Assembly (NCBI GenBank): GCA_963921275.4
Contig: OZ001293.3
Location: 2,720,001 to 2,784,000, forward strand
Source of the DNA: an uncultured Hormoscilla sp.
GTDB lineage: Bacteria; Cyanobacteriota; Cyanobacteriia; Cyanobacteriales; Desertifilaceae
Length of the DNA: 64,000 nt
Reading direction: 5' to 3'
A model generated the notes under the pieces. That model was not told the DNA's origin, ran no database searches, and saw nothing but the letters and a program-made list of their open reading frames with translations. Made by a program: the position numbers and the translations under genes. The stretch's first letter is position 1, and each line of letters begins with the position of its first letter. Shown in pieces: positions 55,906-64,000 of this stretch.

Positions 55906-57546
55906 CTAATCTTGAGATTGATATTTTAAGCTTGCCCAAGTTAGCTGTTTAACGGAACTCTGTTTAGAGGAAGTCTCATTTTTAACTGAGCCTACGTCGT
56001 TATCAGAAGTCTGTTCACGGGAATCCATATTTTTTTTAATCGAGTCTACATCCCCATCAGAAGCAGCATTCTTCAATTCCAGCTTTTGGTGGGCATTTTG
56101 AATTGCGTCCTCTTGGGAACGAGAACTGGTTTCAAAGCATTTTTCCAGCTTTTCGTATATGCCCACGCGACGGGCCATGTTATGATACTGGCGTTCCGTA
56201 TCTAGCAATTTGGCCATCAGTTCCAAGTGCATGGCATCCAGGTGATTAGCATCATCCTTACAGACATCTTCGAGGATATTCCACTCATCGGTGCCTAGCA
56301 GACGGTTGCTGGCGATCGCGAGGTCTTGGAAAGGTTCGCCAAGTACCTCCTCGTAAATACGGGGCAAGCTGTCATCAAATTCATGTTTTTCTTCTAGCCA
56401 GATGCGGTGAATTTCGCTCAGTTCCTCTTGGGAGATCAGGGTGATGTCCTGCATATCTGCAGGTGCGGTGCGACGAATTTGGATTTGAGCCGTAAGAACT
56501 TTCTTGAGCCATTCTTCTCGCCATTCCTTAGTATAAGGACCAGGAATGGGTTGTACTGATATTTCCCCATCTACATTGCGCTCAAAGAGTTCTACTTTAC
56601 CATAAATGCGACGGAAATCTCTCTTGTCATGATCGTTCTTAGCATCCAATTCATTGCGGATATCGAGTAGAGGCTGCATCCATTCTTTCTCTTCATCATT
56701 CTGGATCATCGCTGTCATAGACTTATCTTTATTGACTATTGTGCAAACCCAACAGCCAAAACGGGAATCACCACAGCTTGGGGTAGAGGTATCGACAACT
56801 AGGGGACATTCATTATCTGCTGTCGCACCCTGATACATGGCTAGTAGATCTTTGTTGTTATTTCCCCAAGGATTCTCCCACTGCATCAAATAAAGCCAAA
56901 CTTCATTAGTACGCCAATCTTCAATAGGGAGATAAATCAGAGAATTAGGTCTGCTGGGATTACTGTTCAAGCGATCGCGAAACCGCCATTCTCTATGTTT
57001 AGCCATATTTGCAGCCCGTTTAAAACTTTCAGCCTTGCGAGTTCCCAGAACAAGAATCACTTCACCGCTATTTCTAATCATTTCGCGGATAAAAGAGTCC
57101 GCTGGACTAATTTTTAAGCGTTCAGTACACCACCTGAATCTATTTCTAGGTGCCGGATATCCCTTTCCAATCAAACATACCCAGAATGTTTCTTTAACTT
57201 CTGGATAAGTTAGATGGGGTTTAATTGGCATTTCTTGTTCTTTCGCAGCCGTTTTCATTCTTTCTATGGATTTGCTTACCCATACAGATACTACAGGATT
57301 TTCTACCAAAGTATCATTTGTAAGAACATGAATTGTTTTAGTGCGTTTTTCTTTTGGAAGTTCCGCGATCGCCTTCCATATTAGCTGCAACACTGCTGTT
57401 GAATCCTTACCACCACTCCAGCCAACAACAAATGGAATATCATCTTGACAATATAACTCTTGGATTTCTTTGGTTAGTTTTTCTAGATATTCCACCAACT
57501 CTGCAACTGTACGCTGCGGAAATAGTGACATTTGCTTTTTTATCAT
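55906..57546 (-). CDS. dndC: DNA phosphorothioation sulfurtransferase DndC
   Basis: SGGKDS, IGKGYPAP, FRWCTERLKI, ECPLVVDTSTPSCGDSRFGCWVCT; likely start MIKKQ at 57546 after AGGAG. Confidence 0.95.
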   Translation of the reverse strand: MIKKQMSLFPQRTVAELVEYLEKLTKEIQELYCQDDIPFVVGWSGGKDSTAVLQLIWKAIAELPKEKRTKTIHVLTNDTLVENPVVSVWVSKSIERMKTAAKEQEMPIKPHLTYPEVKETFWVCLIGKGYPAPRNRFRWCTERLKISPADSFIREMIRNSGEVILVLGTRKAESFKRAANMAKHREWRFRDRLNSNPSRPNSLIYLPIEDWRTNEVWLYLMQWENPWGNNNKDLLAMYQGATADNECPLVVDTSTPSCGDSRFGCWVCTIVNKDKSMTAMIQNDEEKEWMQPLLDIRNELDAKNDHDKRDFRRIYGKVELFERNVDGEISVQPIPGPYTKEWREEWLKKVLTAQIQIRRTAPADMQDITLISQEELSEIHRIWLEEKHEFDDSLPRIYEEVLGEPFQDLAIASNRLLGTDEWNILEDVCKDDANHLDAMHLELMAKLLDTERQYHNMARRVGIYEKLEKCFETSSRSQEDAIQNAHQKLELKNAASDGDVDSIKKNMDSREQTSDNDVGSVKNETSSKQSSVKQLTWASLKYQSQD

Positions 57547-57586
57547 CTCTGACAACTCCTGATGAAATATATTGCTAACATTTATC

Positions 57587-58561
57587 CTATGATCTAAATA
57601 CGTTTTTGCGATGCCACTGGATTGCTTCAATTCTTGGGAAGTATTTCTCATAACTTGGCAACAGGATCATCTCGTCGTTAAAAGCTATCATTGGTCTAGC
57701 GTATGGTGATTCCTCTTGTAAATCGCTGGAGATAATAATTTTGTAATCATCATCTATGCTAAACAAGCCATGATCGAATGCCCAATGATGGTTTTTGCAA
57801 AAAGATATTCCGTTATCAATCCTGCTATCAAAAAACTTTGCTAACGGTTTAATATGAGATCCGTCTACAATGTTCTGAGTAAGGGAATTAGTCACTTTCA
57901 GCCTACAAAATGCACATCTATAATCGTAAATATGTACAACTGCCTTACGAAAAAATGCATTTCTCACTACTGAATTTTTTATATTAAATCTTCGTTCATT
58001 ATCCCTATTGTTATATTTATCGTTTTTTTCAGTTGCTTTCAATGTTAAATCATGAAAATTTTGATTGATATTTATAAGATATCCAATTTTTTTTTTGCTA
58101 GATGTAAACCATGCGCTACTAAGGCATCAATTAATTCTTTTCTGGAGTTTTCATCTATAATAAACTCAAACAATTCATCGTCAACATATGCATATTCAAC
58201 GTCTTCTCTTAATTTAGGAATCGTTTGTGGACGACCTCCATCATATTGAGAACTAAACTTTAAATACCAAAATTTATGCTTTTTATTTTTCGTATTCTTT
58301 AGATGAAAAAATGGTAGGACAAAGTCACTGCTTTTAAATGACCCAGAACCCAGAATTTTCCAATATTTTTTGAAATTTTCTATCAATTCATCGGAAATGT
58401 GAATCTGATTAAACTTTATTCTGCCTTGTGCAATTATATCTATGACAGATAAAAGCATTATTGGTTGATTGGGAGCATTTCCTCTATAGACCTGAATATT
58501 AGCAAAATGTTTGCAATAGTACGCCAGATTTCGCGGCGACTGACTGTTGTCCTGTACTCAT
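57587..58561 (-). pseudogene. SBD (sulfur-binding domain)-HNH endonuclease with two frameshifts
   Basis: GGAGG then ATG at 58561; a CAGT duplication and a 1-nt loss near 58112 break the frame; restored protein has APNQPIMLLSVID, LPFFHLKN..FW, CAFC, HIKP..NGISFCKNHHWAFD. Confidence 0.8.
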
Positions 58562-58912
58562 TCGCACCTCCTTGCTTAAACCCGATCGCCCCTACTGCCT
58601 CCCCTACTACCGGTACCCACAAACACTTTTCCCAATTCTCACGATACATTTTCATCAGCGTACCACGCGCTGCCCCTACTTCTCTAAGGGCGATCGCCGG
58701 TAATTAGCCGATCGCTCAACCCCACAGGACACCTGGAGAAGTAATATCCCCGTCCCCCATTAATCCCTCTGATGACCGGCAATACATCCTCGCCAGCAGT
58801 AATCACCATAACACCATTTCCCTAGTATCCATTTTTTACAAACCATCTTGTTGATATATCCCATCATGACAGATTAATCTGAAAAAGTCAAGGATATTTT
58901 GAAAAATTCCCG

Positions 58913-60514
58913 ATGATGAACAGCCTACCTTCCACCGGCAACATTGCTGACCAAATCCTAGAACAGGAAAGAAAGGAACGAGAGGCTCTGGCGGTTCTAC
59001 TCGATCGCCATTTGGCCCGCAACGACAAGATCCTGGTTCAGAAAACCGAGATGGGGGGGACTGAAGCTTATGTCGGTGCCGTCACCCTGGAGTGGTTTGC
59101 CAGTCGCGTTCGCTTTGCCTCTCGCTTGCCCCTGTTCCGCCAACATGTCAACCAGCAGACGGATAACGTGGACATTGACGCTGACAGCATTGAGATAATT
59201 CAGCAGCGACCCCTGGACTGGTCCCGCCAAGCTCCCTTGGCACAGTATTTGGCAGCTCGCAAAACTCACAAGTTTCCACCGGTGCTAGTGGTGGTTAACA
59301 GACCTTGGGTAGACGAACCCACTGCCCAGGAATGGGACGCTTACGGACTGGCCACTAAATCTGCTGCTGATTTTACGCCCCTGGATGCCAACGGTAAGGT
59401 CGGTCTGCTGGACGTTTCCGAAGATGTGACCATTTTTGCCCTCGACGGTCAACACCGACTGATGGGGGTTCAGGGTCTGATGGAGTTGATCAAAACTGGC
59501 AAACTCGAACGGTACAAAAAAGATAAAAAACCTCTAGGCGCTTTCATTACTGTTGAGGATCTCCGACAAGAGTACCACATCGAACCTGCTTATTTGCAAA
59601 ACTTGGCCAAGGAAAAGATTGGCATCGAGTTCATTTCCGCAATAGTTACTGGGGAGTCTCGCGAAGAGGCCCGACGACGAATTAGATCTATCTTCGTTCA
59701 CGTTAACCTGATGGCGACTCCTTTAAGCAAAGGTCAGTTGGCACAACTGAATGAAGATAATGGTTTTGCTATTGTTGCTAGAAAAATTGCTGTCTCCCAT
59801 CCTTTATTAAAAGATGTAGAGGACCGCAATCCTCGTGTAAACTGGGATAGCGCTACTGTTGCTGCTAAGTCCACCGTTTTGACTACCCTTCAGGCCCTTC
59901 AGGAAATGTGCGATCGCTACTTGGGCCATAGATTTCCTCACTGGAAATCTTCCGAAAAGAAGGGTTTAATTCCCATGTGCCCGGAGGATGAGGAACTGGA
60001 AAAAGGAATTTCCGAGTTTAAGCAGTTGTTCGACCATTTGGCAACTCTCCCCAGCTATCGGAGACTGGAAGAGGGGACGGAAACCCTGGAAATGCGGCGC
60101 TTCAGTTTTGAGAAGGATGGGGGCGAAGGGAATTTATTATTCCGTCCTGTGGGACAAATTGCCTTGACTCAGGCCCTAGGTATCTTAGTATTTAAGAATG
60201 ATTTTTCCTTGACAGCCATTTTCCAGAAACTGGGACAATACGACGCTAATGGTGGATTCAGTGGTATGGATAAACCTGAATCTTTATGGTATGGTATTTT
60301 GTACGATCCTAATAAAAGGCGAGTCCTCGTGGCGGGGCGGGATCTGGCAGCGAAGTTAATCGTTTATATTGTAGCTGGTACTGACGATGATATGGAACGG
60401 GCGGAACTGCGACGTTTACTTGCTTTGTCGAGAACGATCGAAGATCGAGCTATGGGTTTTGATGGTAAATTTACTGAACCCAGAGATGTAGGATTGCCAC
60501 CCGTTATTAATTAA
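58913..60514 (+). CDS. DGQHR-domain (DndB-like, ParB superfamily) protein
   Basis: QRPLDWSR, FALDGQHR, IFVHVN; divergent from dndC. Confidence 0.9.
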   Translation: MMNSLPSTGNIADQILEQERKEREALAVLLDRHLARNDKILVQKTEMGGTEAYVGAVTLEWFASRVRFASRLPLFRQHVNQQTDNVDIDADSIEIIQQRPLDWSRQAPLAQYLAARKTHKFPPVLVVVNRPWVDEPTAQEWDAYGLATKSAADFTPLDANGKVGLLDVSEDVTIFALDGQHRLMGVQGLMELIKTGKLERYKKDKKPLGAFITVEDLRQEYHIEPAYLQNLAKEKIGIEFISAIVTGESREEARRRIRSIFVHVNLMATPLSKGQLAQLNEDNGFAIVARKIAVSHPLLKDVEDRNPRVNWDSATVAAKSTVLTTLQALQEMCDRYLGHRFPHWKSSEKKGLIPMCPEDEELEKGISEFKQLFDHLATLPSYRRLEEGTETLEMRRFSFEKDGGEGNLLFRPVGQIALTQALGILVFKNDFSLTAIFQKLGQYDANGGFSGMDKPESLWYGILYDPNKRRVLVAGRDLAAKLIVYIVAGTDDDMERAELRRLLALSRTIEDRAMGFDGKFTEPRDVGLPPVIN

Positions 60515-60625
60515 GTTATTATTTAGGGCACCATCTCACCCTAATCGGTTAGTTATGAGTGCGATCGCCTTCTCCAGAAGTGGTTACCCTAGTATGAGGC
60601 TGTAGAAAATTCGATTCCATACCAT

Positions 60626-60727
60626 ACGAACTGTCCGCAAACGCTAAAGCGTTTACTACGAACTGTCCGCAAACGCTAAAGCGTTTACTACGAACTGTTC
60701 GCAAACGCTAAAGCGTTTACTACGAAC
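60626..60727. repeat. About 32-bp tandem repeat x3 with internal palindrome
   Basis: TACGAACTGTCCGCAAACGCTAAAGCGTTTAC repeated with no spacers. Confidence 0.85.
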
Positions 60728-60900
60728 CAGCGATCGAGCCATGCATGGACCGGTAGCTAAAGGCGTCCTGCCGGTTCCAGCTCGATTTTTCGGGCCGTCC
60801 GCGGACCGATCGCTGGCTGGAATATTTGAAGATAAGGCGCAAGTTAGCTTATAATTAAGAGAATGTTAAGTTATCCGCAAAAAATAATTGAGTGTTACTT

Positions 60901-61239
60901 ATGGCTGAAATTCAGTTTTCCAGAGGCATTACCGAAACAGATGTACCGAAAGTGGGTCTCACCCGCGCCAAGAGGGGCAACAGCGGTACGGCCAAGTTCA
61001 TTTTTACAAATCCCACGGTGTTTCAAGAGGGCAACACCCAAGAAGTTACTGGTATGTACATGATTGATGAAGAGGGCGAACTGATGACTCGGGACGTGAA
61101 CGCTAAGTTCGTTAATGGTCAGCCAGCAACAATAGAAGTATTATATCTGATGAACTCCCAGGCAGAATGGGACCGCTTTATGCGTTTCATGGAGCGCTAT
61201 GCCGAGCAGCATGGCCTGGGCTTTAGTAAATCTAAATAG
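60901..61239 (+). CDS. psb28: Photosystem II assembly factor Psb28
   Basis: MAEIQFSRG...[10 protein letters not shown]...[13 protein letters not shown]. Confidence 0.95.
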   Translation: MAEIQFSRGITETDVPKVGLTRAKRGNSGTAKFIFTNPTVFQEGNTQEVTGMYMIDEEGELMTRDVNAKFVNGQPATIEVLYLMNSQAEWDRFMRFMERYAEQHGLGFSKSK

Positions 61240-61330
61240 TCCTCATGAATTGCTTACTCTCGTTCCCAGGTTATACATGGGAACGAGTCAAACTGCGAAA
61301 GCGCTAAAGCGCTTACTACGAACGAAAAAT

Positions 61331-61864
61331 ATGACCCTCTTACCTCACCCAGATCGCCCTAGAATGACGGTAAATTGTGCTGTGATTACCGTTAGCGATA
61401 CCCGCACGCCCGAAACGGACCGCAGCGGTCAGCTAATTAAACAGTTACTCCAAGAAAAGGGGCATGCGATCGCGGCTTACAAGATATTAAAAGACGAACC
61501 TGCCCAAATTAAAACCCTGCTGCAAGAGTTATGTAGTCGCCCGGACCTAGATGCTCTCATATTAAATGGGGGCACGGGTATTGCCCCCAGGGATACTACC
61601 TATGATGCCATTCAAAGTTTACTAGAAAAACAATTGCCCGGCTTTGGTGAATTGTTTCGCGCCGCTAGCTTTCAAGAAATTGGTTCTCGGGCGATCGCCT
61701 CTCGCGCCTGTGCTGGAGTATATCAGTCCAAAATCATCTTCTCAATACCAGGTTCCACAGGTGCAGTCAAACTTGCCCTGGAACAGCTAATTTTACCCGA
61801 AATCGTTCACCTCGTTTCAGTTATTAGTGACCCGTATCCCGATGCAAGCGCCGCGATACCCTAA
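61331..61864 (+). CDS. Molybdenum cofactor biosynthesis protein, MogA/MoaB family
   Basis: VITVSDTR...DRSG...GGTGIAPRDTT...LPGFGELFR...SRA...PGS. Confidence 0.9.
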   Translation: MTLLPHPDRPRMTVNCAVITVSDTRTPETDRSGQLIKQLLQEKGHAIAAYKILKDEPAQIKTLLQELCSRPDLDALILNGGTGIAPRDTTYDAIQSLLEKQLPGFGELFRAASFQEIGSRAIASRACAGVYQSKIIFSIPGSTGAVKLALEQLILPEIVHLVSVISDPYPDASAAIP

Positions 61865-62090
61865 AGGGTATCGCTACATCAACTAAGTCCGCCTGCGCGG
61901 ACTGGGTTTTTTCTCCTCCCATACCCCCTCGCGCCGCGATACCCTAAAGGGTATCACTACATCAACTAAGTCCGCCTGCGCGGACTGGGTTTTTTCTCCT
62001 CCCATACCCCCTCGCGCCGCGATACCCTAAAGGGTATCACTACATCAACTAAGTCCGCCTGCGCGGACTGGGTTTTTTCTCCCCCCCCCC
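61849..62090. repeat. About 82-bp tandem repeat x3 with two hairpins per unit, between convergent genes
   Basis: GATACCCTAAAGGGTATC and AGTCCGCCTGCGCGGACT hairpins followed by a T tract in each unit. Confidence 0.85.
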
Positions 62091-62091
62091 T

Positions 62092-63423
62092 TTAGGGTGC
62101 GGCTACCCTTGATTTTTCTTCATCATTTATACTCTCATTAATTGCCAAAGGTTTGGGATAAATTTCTACCGTTAAAGTGGCGAGCGCCCTTGCATACTGA
62201 GGGTCTTGCTGAGTAGCGAGTAACTTGGGGTTTCGGAGCAAGCGCCGCAACTGCTTATCTGTCATTTTTATCTCGATATCGGGAGTGATGCCTGTTTGAC
62301 TAATATCCGTTCCCTTAGGCGTGTAATAATGAGCCACAGTCACCGCCAACCCCGAGCCATCCGAGAGGGCATGTACCGCCTGCACTAAAGCCTTACCAAA
62401 AGTTTGAGTACCGATCACTTTAGCCCGTTTATGGTCTTGCAAAGCCCCTGTTAAAATCTCGCTAGAACTCGCAGAATTACCATCTACAAGCACCGCTAAA
62501 GGTAGTTTAGTTAGAGCTGTGCGATTAGCTTTAAGAGCTTCGCGGTTTCCATCACGGTCTATAGTGCTGACAATAGCACCTTTATCCATCCACATGCGAG
62601 CAATTTCAATTGACGCCTGCAACAGACCTCCAGGGTTACCGCGCATATCTAACACAAAATCATCCACCTGTTGCTCTTGCAGATCCGTGATCGATCGCTC
62701 CATCTGTTCGGCGGCGTGGGAACTAAAATCAGACAAGCGGATATAACCTATGCGTAAATTTCCTTCTTCCTTCAGAGCATAATTTACCGCAGGTACTTCT
62801 ATCTTTGCCCGCGTCAGTTCTACTTCAAATATACCTCGACCCGGTCGTGACAGTTCTAGAGTCACCTCCGTCCCTACTTCCCCCCGAATCAGCTTAACCG
62901 CAGCTTTCAAGCTCATGTTTTCCGTTGATTTGCCGTCGATCGCCAATATCTGATCGCCCGCTTGGATACCTGCTGCGGCAGCTGGAGAATTTTTATAGGG
63001 TTTGACCACAGTAATACTTTTAGTTTCGCGATCAAACTCTAAACTCACGCCCACTCCTGACAGTTCTCCCGACGTTTGCTCAGTTAGTTTTTGAAATTGT
63101 TCGGGGTCCAAAAAGCGAGTGTAGGGGTCATCTAACTTTCGTAACTTTGCCCGGATCGCCGCATAAGCCTGTTTCTTGCTCGTATATTCTTTACCCAATA
63201 AACTGTGGCGCACGTCTTGCCAATCTACTTGATTAAATGTCGGATCTACATATTCCCGATTGACAATTTGCCAGGTCTCGTCTACAATTGTTTTGGGACT
63301 ATCCTCTAGGACCGCCTGTCCCGATTTACTCCATGCTGGCAGCATTAATGACAAACTGGTCGTCGCCGCGATCGCTACACTTACTATTGCCAATTTCTCG
63401 ATCCCTTTTTCATACTGATTCAT
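62092..63423 (-). CDS. Carboxyl-terminal processing protease (S41A, CtpA/CtpB family)
   Basis: DPYTRFL, PDZ domain, LDMRGNPGGLL, SASSSEI, TFGKALVQ. Confidence 0.93.
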   Translation of the reverse strand: MNQYEKGIEKLAIVSVAIAATTSLSLMLPAWSKSGQAVLEDSPKTIVDETWQIVNREYVDPTFNQVDWQDVRHSLLGKEYTSKKQAYAAIRAKLRKLDDPYTRFLDPEQFQKLTEQTSGELSGVGVSLEFDRETKSITVVKPYKNSPAAAAGIQAGDQILAIDGKSTENMSLKAAVKLIRGEVGTEVTLELSRPGRGIFEVELTRAKIEVPAVNYALKEEGNLRIGYIRLSDFSSHAAEQMERSITDLQEQQVDDFVLDMRGNPGGLLQASIEIARMWMDKGAIVSTIDRDGNREALKANRTALTKLPLAVLVDGNSASSSEILTGALQDHKRAKVIGTQTFGKALVQAVHALSDGSGLAVTVAHYYTPKGTDISQTGITPDIEIKMTDKQLRRLLRNPKLLATQQDPQYARALATLTVEIYPKPLAINESINDEEKSRVAAP

Positions 63424-63733
63424 CTTAGTTCCTACCCAGGTTTTTGGCTCGCGATTTCTCACAATAATTTGCAGCACTCAGGCTCTGACGCTATGCTGAC
63501 TGCCTAGACGCAACATTTCCGGCTCTCATAACTCTGGTTCTCTTCTCTATTATAGCTTTAAGAAAGCGAAGCCCTTGCCTTTGTTCCTATAATTTTTAGC
63601 TGCTTTTAATAACTTCCTCTCCTCATGGGAGCCTTAACATTAATTTACATAATTCGCTATCGAGACGAAGAAGCCACAAACAACACCCAAATATCGAGGA
63701 CATCGCCAGTGGTTACGGGCCCCTGGGCTGGGG

Positions 63734-64000
63734 TTGAATCTGGTTACCAGCATCATGCTACTGGGAAATGCGATCGCCCTTTTGCAAGCTGCCCATGGAC
63801 CGGTAGATGCCTATCTCGTGCTTGGAGGTAGCATTCGTCGGGAAATATACGTAGCCTCCCTAGCCAAACAACAGCCTGACATTCCGATCTTAATTTCCCA
63901 AGGCTCCTCAGACCCCTGCATAGTCCTCATTTTTCAGCGAGATGGCGCACCCATGTCAGGAGTTTGGCTGGAAAAATGCGCCCGATCGACCTTTGACAAC
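63734..64000 (+). CDS. YdcF/DUF218 family protein, partial (start uncertain)
   Basis: Open frame to the window end: DAYLVLGGSIRRE...PILISQGS...VWLEKCARSTFDN. Confidence 0.75.
   Translation, partial: MNLVTSIMLLGNAIALLQAAHGPVDAYLVLGGSIRREIYVASLAKQQPDIPILISQGSSDPCIVLIFQRDGAPMSGVWLEKCARSTFDN

Noticed and set aside
57547..57651. N-terminal extension of DndC in the ORF track
   Set aside because: Overlaps the HNH gene end; a better RBS and start lie at 57546
58458..58655. 65-aa ORF as a separate gene
   Set aside because: Overlaps the frameshifted 5' end of the SBD-HNH gene in a shadow frame
60626..60727. Palindromic ~32-bp repeats as a CRISPR array
   Set aside because: Head-to-tail with no unique spacers and no cas genes; the same applies to 25100-25215, 50960-51050 and 61849-62090

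Overview
Window from a cyanobacterium (HIP1 GCGATCGC throughout; psb28, cyAbrB, FtsH3, SLH-porin; probably a filamentous Oscillatoriales-type genome) with a heavy load of mobile DNA and many frameshifted or nonsense-disrupted genes. Housekeeping genes (sdhB, ftsH, ychF, cbiT, cdsA, psb28, Mog/MoaB, an S41 protease) are mixed with IS remnants (IS1182, IS630, ISKra4, IS4, IS5), MITEs and tiny palindromic repeats. Four things stand out. (1) There are seven group II introns: five related ORF-less ribozymes of 830-930 nt whose EBS1 loops differ and match their own insertion sites, plus two RT/maturase-encoding introns that are both broken. (2) An iron-uptake island at about 35.5-52.9 kb carries a Fur paralog, futC/futB/futA, a porin, and three Fur-box-preceded IsaR1-like sRNA genes. 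(3) A dndCDE phosphorothioation locus carries a doubly frameshifted SBD-HNH (phosphorothioate-reader nuclease) gene and a divergent DGQHR gene. (4) An orphan CdiA-CT-like toxin/immunity pair sits directly behind ychF. All calls come from reading the sequence by eye; no database search was run.
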